Source of the DNA: Paramoeba atlantica
Lineage: Eukaryota; Protista; Discosea
Assembly (NCBI GenBank): GCA_977017575.1
Contig: CDRNVI010000163.1
Span: forward strand, 124,001 to 188,000
Length of the DNA stretch: 64,000 nucleotides
Direction of reading: 5' to 3'
The stretch's first letter is position 1; each line of letters opens with the position of its first letter. Shown here in pieces: positions 21,824 to 34,892 of the stretch. The notes under the pieces are model-generated. The model ran no database searches, was not told the origin of the DNA, and saw nothing but the letters and a program-made list of their open reading frames with translations. A program made the position numbers and the translations under genes.

Positions 21824-22416
21824 ATGAAAAATACCAAATTCAAGACTGGGAAGGGATATCTCAACCAAGCCTGGGCTTATCTTAAAAAAGAGGGAGATGA
21901 TGGGAGGCTCGACTTCAAAAGAACCATTTTTGTCGTTTCGGAATGTGAGGGGGGGGGTGCCATTGGAGTCCCATCTGCCTTCTGGTTGGTTTTCCTTTTT
22001 TTATCTTTCTGAAGAAGACGGGAAGGTGCAGTGGAAGCCGTATCATCATTTTCATCAAAATTGACAAGCTTTTCCAGGATTCATTTTTCTCGTGATCCAC
22101 TGAATAGGGGAGGTGGGCACTACTTTTTCGTTGATTCTTGTCGCCGAGCAAATGTTGGCCTTGTTGTGGAAATGGTTCGTTCTGGCATTTGGAGTCGGAC
22201 CATGGGAGGGGAAATCTTTTGAAGATGGATTTGATCACTCTCGTGGAGGATACCACCCAGGCTGCAAATTGTTGGGATGCAGGAGAAATTTCTTCCAATT
22301 CATCCGACCAACATATGGCTGTGAAAGGAAAAGACGCTGCAATCACTGCACACATGAGATATTCCCAAGGAGCATTTGAGCAATGTTATGTCTTCCCTCT
22401 CATCGTTGAAGTATAA
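21824..22416 (+). pseudogene. Disrupted Ulp1/SENP8 (C48 peptidase)-like sequence
   Basis: Across frames: RTIFVVSECEGG/GCHWS, FFVDSCRRAN and TQAANCWDAG, in the order of SENP8 GGTHWS, FFHYDS and AQQNSYDCG. Confidence 0.45.
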
Positions 22417-22776
22417 ACAGGCTGTTATCGAAGGGGAGGCTGCCACTGAGATTGATGATGATGAGAAGAAAAGAAATGAGAAAGCAGAAAAAAGAGAACA
22501 CAAAACTCACCAAAAATGAAACGACACTCACCAAAATAAAGGACTTTTTGTTGGTGTCCCTTTTTTTCGCTGAAACTTTATTTTTGGGAGCCCTCTTTTT
22601 TCTGTTTTTTGGAGAATGTTTTGGTTGAAAGATAATCAGTGAATGTTTTTTGCCATTTTTTTTTCGATTCTTTTCTTTTCAACAAAAAAACAAAAACTTT
22701 TGTTTTTTGAAAAAGAAAAAACTTTCTTTGGTTGTTTTTGAAAAAAGAAAAAAGAAAACTTCACATATCGCCCAAA

Positions 22777-25576
22777 ATGTCTGTCTTGTCGAATTTTTGG
22801 AGTCTTGTTGACGACGAAGAGGAGGAACGAAACCAGAAAGAGACAACTTCTTCTTCTTCGAATGTTGAAAAGAAGAAAACTTCTTCTTCTTTTTCTGCTG
22901 ATGAATATTCTTTGGCCAGGCCTTTGAGTCTTTTGTTTGCGTCTTTTCTTGAATGAGAAATGTGGAAAGAAGAGAGAGAGAGAAACACCTTCGTTTTCGA
23001 GAGAGAGAAGAGAGAAGAGATCAAACGATTTCTTTCTTTCTTCTTTTCTTCTTCTTTTTCTCTTGTGTTGGACATGAGTGAAAAAAAGGTCAAAAGCGAC
23101 TTCACATGATGAAAATATCATTTTCTTCTTCTCATTATTTTCGAGAAGAAGAATAAAAAATTTTGGAACAAAATTACTCCGAAAAATTGGATCTCTTTTT
23201 TTTTTCTTTTTTCTTTGTTTCTTTTCTTTGTTTTCTTTCTTCTTTTTTTTCTTTGTTTCTTTGTTTCTTTTTCTTTCTTTTCATCACTTTTTATCAAAAA
23301 AAAAAAAGTGATGGAGTGGAAAGATGAAGATAGTGAAGTTTGGAATGTGATGGCAAAACCTTTGTTGCAATTGATGAAGAATCTTTCTTCTCATTTTTCT
23401 CAGATCAAGAATTGGAGTTTGAGTCGTTTTACTTCTCTCAAACGAAATGAGGTTTTTCTTTTTTTCTTTTTCTTTCTTTTTTTCTTTTTTCTTTTTCTTT
23501 TTCTTTTTCTTTTGAAATGAAAAATTTAAGAGAAAAATCATTTTCTCTCTTTTTTTTCTCTGATTTCTTTTCTTCTTCTTCAAGATGGAATTGTGTTCAT
23601 TAATTGGTGATTCATTGAGAGAATATTGGGACAATATTTTGCTTTTTACAGTATTTTCTTTTCTTTTTCTTTTTCTTCTTTTTTCTCTTTCCTTTCTTTT
23701 CTTTCTTTTCTTTTCTTCTCTTTCTTTTCTGACTTGAATAAAAATAAATAAAGTCAGAAAAGAAATCAAAAGTCCCACAACTTGATAACCCAACACAAAC
23801 TCATTGGGCAATCTCTTTTCGAATGATTCTTGAGGTAATTTGTGATCTATTTTTTGAAGAAAAGAGAAGAGAGAGAATGGGAAAAGAGAAGAGAAAAGAA
23901 GAAGAGAGAGAGAAAGCAATAACTTTGAAAAAGGGGACGGGAAAAGAAATTGAAGAAGAAAAGAGTCATCAAGCTCGAAAAGCTCTCCTTTTCTTTCTTG
24001 AGGTTTTCTTCTTTTTTTCTATTCTTTTTTTCTTTTTCTTTCTTTTCTTCCTTGATTCATCAAACCACTCCACATTATCAATTCATTTTATGAATGAATA
24101 AAAAGAGAACAACAGAAAAAGAGGGTTGTGAAAGTTTTGTAGGAGAATCATGATTCCGATATTTAATTAATTTGCTCATTATTTATTTCATAATTAATTA
24201 ATTAATTGATTTAATAATAATAATAATAATAAATAAATAAAAGAGAACAACGGAAAAAGAGAGTTGTGAAAGTTTTGTAGGAGAATCACTGCTAAAATAT
24301 TTGAGTTCTCATTTTATTGATCCCTGTAATGCTTTTATTGGTATGACTCCTTCTCATCGTCTCATTTTTGGTTTGTTTTTCTTTCTCATTTTCTTCTTTT
24401 TTTTCTTTTTCTTTTTCTTTTTGCAAAAAAATGTTTGTTGATTTATATAATTTTATTGTTGTTCTCATTTCTGTTATTTTTCTTTTTCTTCTTTCTTTTC
24501 CCAAAATCTTAAACAATCAATAGAAACGGCAAAACCACAAAAATCACTTGCAATAAAAAGTGTACAAGAAACTCAATTCGAAAAAATTCAATCTCTCCTT
24601 ACGGTTTCTTCTCCTTCTCCACTTTTTTTACTTTCTTTCTCTCTTTTCATTTTCTTTCTCTTTTTTTCTCTCTCTCTTTCTCTCTCTCTTCTTCTCTTTC
24701 TTATTCTTGTTGACAGTCTAAGAAAAGAAAAGAAATCAAACTTCGATCAGCTCTTGTCTCACAAAAACGGTTCTTCTCCAATTTTTTTTTTTATTTCTGA
24801 ATTTTCCTGAATTTTTTTTAATAGGGGACGATCGAGAACCGACAATAAGTTTCTCTTCTTTTCTCTTCTCTTCTCTTCTCTTCTCTTCTTGTTGATCCCT
24901 ATTTTCACAATTAATTTTGAATATTGAATACTCTTCTTTTCTAATTCCTTCTTTTCTTTCTTTTTTTCTCCAACATAGAATTTCTCAATTCCAACCACCA
25001 TCAACATCAACATCAACAACAACATCATCAACACCATTATCATCTCTTTTATCGACCTTGCCTTTATCGCCAAAAATGGCAACGACGGCATCAACAACAC
25101 CACCATCAACAATCCCGTTTTTATTATCTTCATCTTCATCTACAACGACAACACCATCTTCATCTTCAACAACAACAACAACAACAACATTACCATCTCC
25201 ATCAACTGCAAAAATCGCATCTCCACTCTCATCATCTATACCAAAAATAAGAGATTTCTCTTCTCCCTCTCTCACTCTCTCTTCTCCCTCCTCTCCTCTC
25301 TCAGCCCTCTCTCTCCTTCCCCTCTCTCCTTCCCCCTCTTCTCTCTCTCCCCCCTCTTCTTCTCCCCTCTCTCCCCTCCCATCTTCCAAAAGAAAAGCAT
25401 TTTACCAAAAGAACAGTTTCCCTCTTCCTTCTTATTCTTATTCTTGTGAGAGAGAAGAACTCTTTCATCTTGAAGAGTTGTTGTGTTTGTGGGCTGAGAT
25501 TGATGATGATGCTTTTTTGGCTTTTCAAGTTCGGAAATGGGTTCTTGAAAAGCGTTTAAGAGAGGTTTTTATTTAG

Positions 25577-25659
<83 letters not shown>

Positions 25660-25785
25660 TTATTATTTATTTATTTATTTATTTATTATTTATTTTATCA
25701 ATTATCAATTATTAATTATTATTCTTTCTTGTAAAATGATAAATATATTTTTGTCTTTTTATTTATTTGTTTGTTATTTTTTGTT

Positions 25786-25816
<31 letters not shown>

Positions 25817-27882
25817 TTATTTTATTTTATTTTGTTCCCTTATTCTGATTTCTTTATTTTTGAATAGAAACATCAAATAACCGGAGAAAGAGAAGAGAAG
25901 AGAGAAGAGAGGAGAGAAGAGGAGAGAAGAGAGAGAAATGAAGAAGGGGAGAGAGATTTGGGCGGAGATAAAAACTTGATGAGGAAAGAAATTTTTTATG
26001 CAAAAGTTCTCTTTTTCTCTTTTTCTCTTTTTCTTTTTTTTTCATTTCTTTTTCTTTTTCTTTTCTCTCTTTTCTCTTTCTCTCTCCTCTCTCTTCTCAT
26101 TGAAATGAAAAGGACGAAGAACATGTGGATCAGGCAATGGAAGCTCTTCTTACTTTACGGTTCTCTCTCTCTCCTTCTCTCTCCCTTCTCTCTTTTCTCT
26201 CCCTTCTCTCTTTTTTATTTTTTTTTGAATTGAATAGGAGAGATTATGCCGCAGATGAAAAATATCAAATGGTTTCTCTTTCTCTTCTCTTTCTTCTCTT
26301 TCTTCTCTCTCTCTCTCTTTCTTTTCTAATCTTTCTTCTCTTTCTCTCTCTTCTCTCAAAGGAGTCAGATAGTGTTTTTGAGACGCTTCGGGTTCTTCTT
26401 CCTTTTTCTTCTTCTTTTGTTTTAAAATTTCTCTCACTTCTCTCTCTCTCTCTCTTTTTTATTTTCCTCTTCTCCCTTCTCTTCTCTCTTCTCTCTTCTC
26501 TCTTCTCTCTTCTCTTGACAGGGAACACTTGTAATAATCCAATTACCAGAAACATTCAAAAAAAGTGACAAACAACTCAAATATTGTTTTGGAAACGCTT
26601 CTCTTCCCTCTCTTCTTCTTGACCTGAGAGAGAGAGAGAGGAATGAAGGAGAGGAAGAGGAGAGAGAGAGAGGAGAGAGAGGGGGAGAGAGAGGGGGAGA
26701 GAGAGAGAGGAAGAAGAGAGAGGGGTTGTTTCTTTTTGGGAGGATATTGTTTGGTTCTGTGGAGAGAGAGAGGGCGATTGTTTCGATTTCTCCTTTTGAG
26801 TTTGGGGGGAAGAGAGAGAGGGCCAGGTGGGCTTATTCTCTTGCTCTTCCTCCTGTTCAAGAGGTTTTTTTTTTTAAATTTTTTTTAATTTTTTTTTTAA
26901 ATTTTTTTTTAATTTTTTTTTTAATTTTTTTTTTTAATTTTTTTTTTAATTTTTTTTTTTTAAATTTTTTTTTCTCTCTCTTTTTTGTTCTCGAAATGAA
27001 GAATGAAAGAATAAATCTTATAATAAAATAAATAAAATAAAATAAAATAAAATAAAATAAAATAAAATAAAATAAAATAAAAAACAAAACAAAATAGGAA
27101 GAGACAGAAATAGAGTCGATGATTGTTGTGGAGGTGGGTCTCCAAAATATTTATCCTTTTTCTTCTTATGGGTTTTTTTATTTATTTTTTCTTTATTTTT
27201 TCTTTTCTTTTTTTCTTTTTTTTCTTTTTTTTTTCTTTTTTTTTTTCTTTTTTTTCTTTTTTTTTCTTTTTTTTTTCATTTTTTTTTCATTTTTTTTAAA
27301 ATTGTTTCTTTTCTTTTTTTTCTCAAGAGAACAAATCGAAGAGCCAAAGTTTACATTTGTAGAAGAGCCTCTTTTTCATGTTTATGAGGTCAATTTTATT
27401 TTATTTTTATTTTTTCCTTTCTTTTCTTTTCTTTTCTTTTCTTTTCTTTTCTTTTCTTGGAATTGTTATTCTCTGTTTTTTTTATTATTATTAAAATATT
27501 CTATTTCTTTCTTGTTTTTCTTCTCTTTCCTCTCTCTCTTCTTTCTCTCTCTCTCTCTCTCCTTTTTCAGATTGCATCAAAAGAGATAAAATGGAGAATA
27601 GGATCACTTTTAAGCCAACAAGGAATTCCCTCTGAATTTTTAATTCAACTCTTTTCCTCGAATAATTCACCTTCTTTTCGTAATGTTTTCTTTTTGTTAT
27701 CAAAATCAAAGAAATAAAGAAGAAACAAAGAAGAAATAAAAAAGAAGAATTATTTATCAAAAAATAAAAATAAAAATAAAAATAAAAAACAAACCAATAA
27801 TCAATAATCAATAATCAATAATAAATAATAAATAAAAAATAAAAAATAAAAAATAAAAAATAATAAATAAAAAATAAAAAAT

Positions 27883-27914
<32 letters not shown>

Positions 27915-30900
27915 TAAAAAAAAACAGCGAAAGATATATTTGAATGTGAATATTTATGTCATCAATTGACCCAAATGGATCGAATTGCTTCTACTCATAT
28001 TACAGAAGTTCTCTCTCTCTCTCTTTCTCTCTTTCTCTCTCTCTTCTCTCTCTTTTCTTTATGTCATCATCGATTACCTCTCTTCTCCTCTCTCACCCAT
28101 TCTTCTCACCATTCCCTTTCTCCCTTCCCTCTCCTCTCTCCCTTTTCTCTCACCCTTTCCCCTCTCCCTCTCCTCTCTCCCTTTTCTCTCCCTCTCTCCT
28201 CTCTCCCTCTCTCCCTTCCCTCTCTCCCTTCCCTCTCTCCTCTCTCCTCTCTCCTCTCTCCTCTCTCCTCTCTCCTCTCTCCTCTCTCCCTTCTTTCTTC
28301 TCTTTTCCAAAAAATAAATAAAATAACAGAAATCAGAATGGGGGGAGGAATTAACTTTGTGGATGAATTGTTCTCTTCTTGCTTCTCTTCAAGCTTTGAA
28401 ATTTCAACGCCAGGTCTTATTTTCTCTTTCTCTCTTTCTTTTCTCTCTTTGTCTCTTTCTCTCTCTTTCTTCTTCTCTCTCTCTCAATCTCTCTTTCTCT
28501 TTCTTTTAGGTTTTCTTTCCTGAGATTGGGATTTACGAGGATGGCTTTCGAAAATATGCTGCTCAAGTCCTTTTCTTTTTCTCTTTTTTTTTTTTTGCTA
28601 TTTTTTGTTTGTTTTTTATTTTGTTTTTTATTTTTTGTTTGTTTTTTGGTTTCTTTTTTTTTGTGTTTGATTCATTTCTTTTCTCTATTTCTCCCTCTCT
28701 TCTTTCTCTCTTCTTTCTCTCTTCTTCTTTTTTCTCTTTCCTCTCTCTTATTAATTAGGTAATCAAATGTGCGACTATGAGATATGAGGGAATTCGGTCT
28801 CTTTTACGTTCAAAAATTGGCGCTGTTGTTCAACATGTTCTCTCTTTTCTCTCTCTTTCTCTCTCCTCTCTCTTCTCTCTAATCTTATTCTTCTTTTTCT
28901 CCTTTCTCTCCTCTCTCTCCTTTCTCTCCTCTCTCTCTTGTTCCTCTTTCTCTCTCTTCTCTCTTCTAAGGTAAATGAGATACTTGATGGAACAGAGAAG
29001 GCAGATCTTACTTCTTGGTGGTTGCAAGAAATTGAGGTTCTCTCCTTTCTCTCTCTCTCTTCTCTCTTTCTTTTTTCTCTCTCTCCTTTCTCTCTCCCTT
29101 TCCTCTCTCTCCTTTTTCCTTTCTCACCCTTCTCTTTTCTCTCCCCTCTCCTCTCCTCTCTTTTCTCCCCTCTTATTCTCTCCTCTCTCTCTCTCTTCTC
29201 TTTCTTTCATTTTAGGATTCCGTGGACTGTTATTTAGAGAGAGAGGGATTGTCATACTCTTTAAGTGATGATTATATTAATCAACCTCTTCAAAATCCTC
29301 TCAAGGTTTTCTCTCTCTCTCTCTCTCTCTCTTCTCTCTTACTCTCTTACTCTCTTTTCTTTCTTTCTCTTTTTCTCTTTCTCTTTCTCTCTCTTTCTCT
29401 GCTTTCTTTTTCTTTTCATCTTTTCACAGAATCCTATTTTTATTAACTCCCTTCTTCTCTTTCTCCCTTTTCCTTCTTCTCTCTTTCTTTCTCTTTTTGT
29501 AGACACAAAAAGAACACAAATTATTAGTTGAAATATTAACCCCAAATAAATCTGATTCTCATTTTCTTCTTCAGTTTGTTCAGGTTTTTTCTTTCTTTCT
29601 TTTTCTCTCTTTTCTCTTTTCTCTCTCTTCCTCTCTCTCTCCTCTTCCTCTCTTTCATGTCTCTCTTTCTATCTTTCTCTCTCCTTTCTCTCTCTCTCAA
29701 ACAATCAAAAACAGGAATTAAAAGAAAGAATTTATATTCGATTAAATTCATATATGAATGATGTCACCGCTGTTTTGGAATTGTTTAAAGACGAAATCTC
29801 TCTTGAGTTTCTCTCTCTCTTTTCTTTCTCTTTCTCTTTCTCTTCTCTCTCTTTTCTCTCTTCTCTTTCTCTCCCTTTCTCTCTTTTCTCTTATCTTTCT
29901 CTCTCTCTTTTCTCCTCTTTCTTTCTTTCTTTTTCTCTTCTCTTTCCCTTCTCTTTGTTCTCGTCTTTTTCTAAATTTCTTTTTGTCAGAAATGAGGATT
30001 CTTCATCTCAGGTTTCTTCTTTCTCCCTTCTCTTCTTTCTTCTCTCTTCTCTCTTCTCTTCTCTTTTCTCTCAAACTGTTTCTCTTTTTTCTTTCTTTTT
30101 GTCTTGGTTAATTTAAAAAAAAATAGAAATGTGTCAAAAGACATCTTTCAAAGATATTTACAAATAGGTTTTTTCTTTTTCTTTTCTAATTTCCTTTTTA
30201 CTAACATCTTTTCTTTCTCTTTCCTTCTCTCTTTCTCTCTAGTATCAAGAGTATCCCAACACTGATGGCAGATTTAAAATATATTCAAGAAATGGAATCT
30301 CTCGAAGAAGAATTTGAAGTTCTTCTCTTTCTCTTTCTTTCTTTTTTTTCTTTCTCTTTTTTCTTTCTTTTCTTTCTCTCTTTCTCTCTCTTTTTCTTAT
30401 TTTTTTCTCATTTTAACATTAATATAAATAGGAAAGAATTAAAACAGGAGAACAAAAGGCAACTCCTCTTCATCTCTCTCATGTTGTTCCTATTTCTGGT
30501 ATTTTTCTTCTCTCTTTTTCTTCTCTCTTTTCACTTTTATTTTTTTCTCTCTTTTTCATATTTTTTCTTCTCTTTCTCTCTTCTTCTCCTCTTCCCTTCC
30601 CTCTCTCTCTTTCCTTTCTCTCTCTCTCTCTTTTCAGGATTAATATTTGGGAGAATAATGATAATAGAACAAGAGTACCAAACTGCACTAGATGTTTGGG
30701 CACCTCATCTTCTTAAAGAAAATCTCTTTCCTTCTCCTTCTCTCTCTTCTTCTCTCTCTTCTTCTACTTCTCTTTCTTCTCTCTCTTCTTCTCGGTTCTC
30801 TTCTTCTCCTTCTTGGCTCTCTTCTACCTCTTTTTCTTCTCTTTCTTTCCCTCCTCAAGAGGAGAGAAGAGATGAGAAAGAGAGAGAAGAGAAAGAAGGA

Positions 30901-33133
30901 GAGAGAAAGAGAGAAGAAAGAGAGGGAATTGTAGAGAGAAGGAGATCAAGGAGAGTTTCAACTGATACACTCAAATTTTTAGAACAATTATTATCAAATA
31001 TTGAAGAGGAAGAGAGAGGAGAGAAGGAGAGAGAAGGGAAGAGAGAAGGGGAGAGAGGAGAGGAGAGAGAGAATATCGAAGAGGATTTAGATATGCAAGG
31101 TTTGGTTTCTTTTATTTATTTATTTTTCATTTAATTTTACTTTCATTTTATTTCAAAAATATTGAAAAAATGATTTTTTTTGATTTATCAATTTTTGAGG
31201 AATCATTTTCAGTTTTAATCTCATTTTTTTATTTTACAAAAAAGGTCCTATTCTCCGTCAACTATTAAATCGAAGTGAAACTTCTTCTTCTCTTCTCCAC
31301 TTAACTGTCAGAAGGTTTCTTTTTCCTTTCTATTTCTCTTTCTTCCTTTTCTTTTTTCCCTCTCTTTTGTGCTGATTTTGGATCCAAAAAGTTCTCGATT
31401 ATTCATAGAAAACCCACAACAACTTTCGGAATCTCTGAACGAACATGGTCACGATAATTCGTCACACCTTCTTCCCCCGCGTCCTTCCATTTCCCCCTCT
31501 TCTCCTCTCTCTTCTCTCTCTTCTCTCTCTTCAACAACTGCTACTTCCCCTCTTTTGTTGTCTCCTCATTCCTATAGCAACTCTCCAATTTCTTCTCTCC
31601 CTTCTTCTACATTCCCTCCTCCTCTTTCTCCTCCTCACTCCTCTCTCCAACCTTCTTCTCCTTCTTTCTCTACACCTTCTTTCTCTTCTTCTTCTCGACG
31701 ACGTTCAAATTCCCTTCCTCGATCTCCCTTCCCTCCTCCTTTCTCTTCTTCTCCAAGAAACCAAGCTTTTCTTTATCCCAACAAAGAAGAGAAACAAAAT
31801 GAGAACGAGAGAAAAAGGATCCAAACAAGGTGGAAAGAGGAAGCGAGAGAGGTGGTGACAGTGGGGAAAACAAAAACAAAAACACCATCTTCAACGGCTA
31901 CAACATCATTAATATCAAGACCAACTCCAACAAATCCAACATCAAGAACAAACAAAATAACAACATCATTAATCTCAAGATCAACACCAACATCTCCAGT
32001 TTTAAAACCAAAAATAGCACCATCACCATTAGCATCTTCTGCCTTCCCAACTCCAACATCAAAACCTAAACTAACATCATCCCGGTCGTCACCATCACCA
32101 CCATCACCAACACCACCACCACCACCACAAACACCAACAACATCATCATCAACGACATCGACAACAAGACCATCATCATCTTCATCACCAACATTAACAA
32201 CAACATCAACAACTTCAATAACAAGACCACCATCACCACCATCACCATCATCAACCTCAAAAAGACCACAACTAAAATACCTTTTTCAAATTAAAAAAAG
32301 ACCAACAGCTCCCTCTCTCTATTCCTCTCAATCCACTCTCTCTCAATCTCTCGTCATCCGCTCTCTCTCTCCCCCTCCTCCCTCTCCCCCTCACTCCTCT
32401 CCCCCTCCACCCTCTGTTTATCAACAAACTAGAGAAACAGAAAAAAGAATAACGGACAAGAGTTTTGATGACCCAATAACCGACCTGACAACAGATATAA
32501 CAATCAAATTAACAACAGATGAGACAATAGATGAGACAACAGACCATTTTATTGAAGACTTTCTTGAAGAACAAAAAACAGACAAAAAAGATCAAACAAC
32601 AGAGAAAGAGAAAAGAGAGAGAATAATAGAGAAATCGACCCCAGGAAGAACATCTCCCCCAGCATGGAATGTTTCTCCCTCTCTGAGAACGCTGGCTTCT
32701 CCTCCTCTCTCTACTTTTGATCCAGGTTTTATTTGTGTTGTTTTGAAGAGTGAGAAAGCAAAAGAGGAAGAAGAGGAAGAAGAGGAAGAAGAGGAAGAAG
32801 AGAAAGAAGAGAAAGAAGAGAAAGAAGAGAAAGAAGAGAAAGAGATTCATTTCTTCTCTTTGTAAAATTTGACAAAAACGAAAATAGTTGAAATGCCTTC
32901 ATCTCCAAAAGCTCGGTTTCTTATTTTCTTTTTATCATTCTCAAAAGAATTTGTTGACTAATGTTTTTATTTTTTTGGATTTGCAGGGAAATTTTTGGAA
33001 GGTCAGGAAAACACAGAGGTTGAATCAATTGTTTTTTTTTAATTTTAATTATTCTTATTTTTTTTATTTATTTTCTTTTTATTTTCAGAAAGAGTGTTTC
33101 AAGAAAAGAACAAAAAATGAATCTGAACCATAA
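22777..33133 (+). CDS. Large uncharacterised gene (more than 25 short exons) with helical regions and S/T/P-rich tracts; could be two genes
   Basis: Chain of non-repetitive exons with GT-AG ends between microsatellite introns, e.g. ELFHLEELLCLWAEIDDD, ELKERIYIRLNSYMNDV, ORF 31369-32865. Confidence 0.5.
25575..25840 (+). repeat. Intronic (TTTA)n microsatellite
   Basis: Long ttatttattt array; representative of many intronic (TTTA)n, (TAAAA)n and (TC)n tracts in the window. Confidence 0.9.
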
Positions 33134-33513
33134 AAAAAAATATGAATATCTGAATTGCCAAATTTCTCTCTTTCTTTTTCTTCTCTCAAAAAAAAATCTT
33201 TTTCATTGAAATGAGGGTCGAGTCTCCAAAGATTTTTTTTTTGAATTTTGAAAGAGATTTCATTTAAAATAGGATGGTTTTAAAAGAAAAGGGAATGGTC
33301 GTGCATTCAGAAAGATGTCTCATCCATTGAGAGGAGGAACTGGGGGTTTTTGAGAGAAGGGGGAGATGTACATCTGGGAAAAGGGGTTGTCTTTTTAAAA
33401 GGGAAGCTTTTCCAATTTCATATTTGTGGATTCATCAATAATTGTTTATAATATTAAAAATGGTTGAACAATTTATTGTTGGGAGACAATGGATGATGTT
33501 TTTCATTTCCCCC

Positions 33514-33939
33514 TCACAACTCAAGATCAACATAATAAAAGGAATCAGGAGAATCAACCCAAATATACTCTGATTCATCCGAGGAAGGAGAATGGGTAGT
33601 AACAACATCATATCGACTGACAGAATTTTGAAAGATTTGGAAGTGAAAAAACCCCACGCCATTTGTATTTGATGTTTCAGCTTGGAAAAGCAACTGAGTG
33701 GCGGAAGCAAAACCAGTCCATGTCTTACACCAATACTCATCCTTTTGCCAACTTCCAGTGGCAACAGAGCGACTATCAGTGCCAACAATAAGATGCCAAG
33801 TCATTGAATCACCTCCACATGCTGAACAAGGTCCAGTTTTGGCGCAAACTTTATAATCATCCAGAGCATTCAAACTGTTTAGAAGGCTCAAGAAGATTGA
33901 GAGGGTTGAAAAGAATGTCAAAACATTCAATTGTGACAT
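33514..33939 (-). CDS. Small secreted protein (141 aa), PLAT/LH2-like, paralog B, intronless
   Basis: Signal peptide MSQLNVLTFF..LNA, then YKVCAKTG..GGDS..LIVG. Shares SVATGSWQKDEYWCK with paralog A. Confidence 0.75.
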   Translation of the reverse strand: MSQLNVLTFFSTLSIFLSLLNSLNALDDYKVCAKTGPCSACGGDSMTWHLIVGTDSRSVATGSWQKDEYWCKTWTGFASATQLLFQAETSNTNGVGFFHFQIFQNSVSRYDVVTTHSPSSDESEYIWVDSPDSFYYVDLEL

Positions 33940-34246
33940 CTTGGGCTCGAAAAATCGGAAAAGAATCAAAGAGAGAAGGTTTGAGAAGGAAGAAGAAGAA
34001 GAAGAGAAGAATCCAAAACCAAAAAAGGAGAGAAGAGAATCGAGAGCGACAAATCTGATCGAGCAACACAACCCAACAGAAATCGGAACAAGAAACAAAA
34101 CAAAAAAAGAGAAAAACAAAGAAAAAAAAAATTAGAAAAAAAATTTTAGGCGCAAAACTCACCCAAAAATAATTGAGGAGGTCGGGAAAAAAAAAATAAT
34201 TCTTTGAAAATTCTTTAAAAATAGATTCATCCATTTAATGGAGTCA

Positions 34247-34684
34247 CTAGACCAAGAGGGAGATTGAATAAAAAGGACCAGGAGAATCAATCCACATATA
34301 CTGTCCTTCATCCGAGGTATTCATTTCGTCAGTACTTGTTGATCTGTGTTTCAACACAGAATTTTTATAAACTTCAAAATAAGTGAATCCAACGCCATCT
34401 GTGTTCGTTGTCTCAGCATTGAAACCCAATGACTTTAAAGAGATAGAGGAAGTAAACCCCGTCCATTCTTTACACCAATACTCATCCTTTTGCCAACTTC
34501 CAGTGGCGACTGAGCGCTGATCACCATCAACATTAATTAACCAAGTCATCGAAGCACCTCCACACGCAAAGCAAGACCCGGAGTGGGCACAAACCTTGTA
34601 ATTGTCCAGGGCATTCAGGCTGTTTATGAGACTCAAGAAGATTGAAAGGCTTAGAAAGAAGGTCAAAACATTCAATCTCAACAT
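34247..34684 (-). CDS. Small secreted protein (145 aa), PLAT/LH2-like, paralog A, intronless
   Basis: Signal peptide MLRLNVLTFF..LNA, then YKVCAHSG..GGAS. Tandem duplicate of 33514-33939. Confidence 0.75.
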   Translation of the reverse strand: MLRLNVLTFFLSLSIFLSLINSLNALDNYKVCAHSGSCFACGGASMTWLINVDGDQRSVATGSWQKDEYWCKEWTGFTSSISLKSLGFNAETTNTDGVGFTYFEVYKNSVLKHRSTSTDEMNTSDEGQYMWIDSPGPFYSISLLV

Positions 34685-34892
34685 CTTGGGAAAAGTCGGA
34701 AAAGGGGCGAGAGGGGAAACGAGAAAGAATAAGAGAGAGAGAGAAAAAAAACGAAGGGAATCCAAAAACGAAGAAAGAAACTTGAAGAAGGAAATAAAGG
34801 GGAAAACAAAAAAAACAAAGAAGGCGAATTGTCAAAAAAATGTGGTGTCCCTTTTGTGGTGTCCCCTCTGATTTTTGTTGTCTGTTTTTTTT

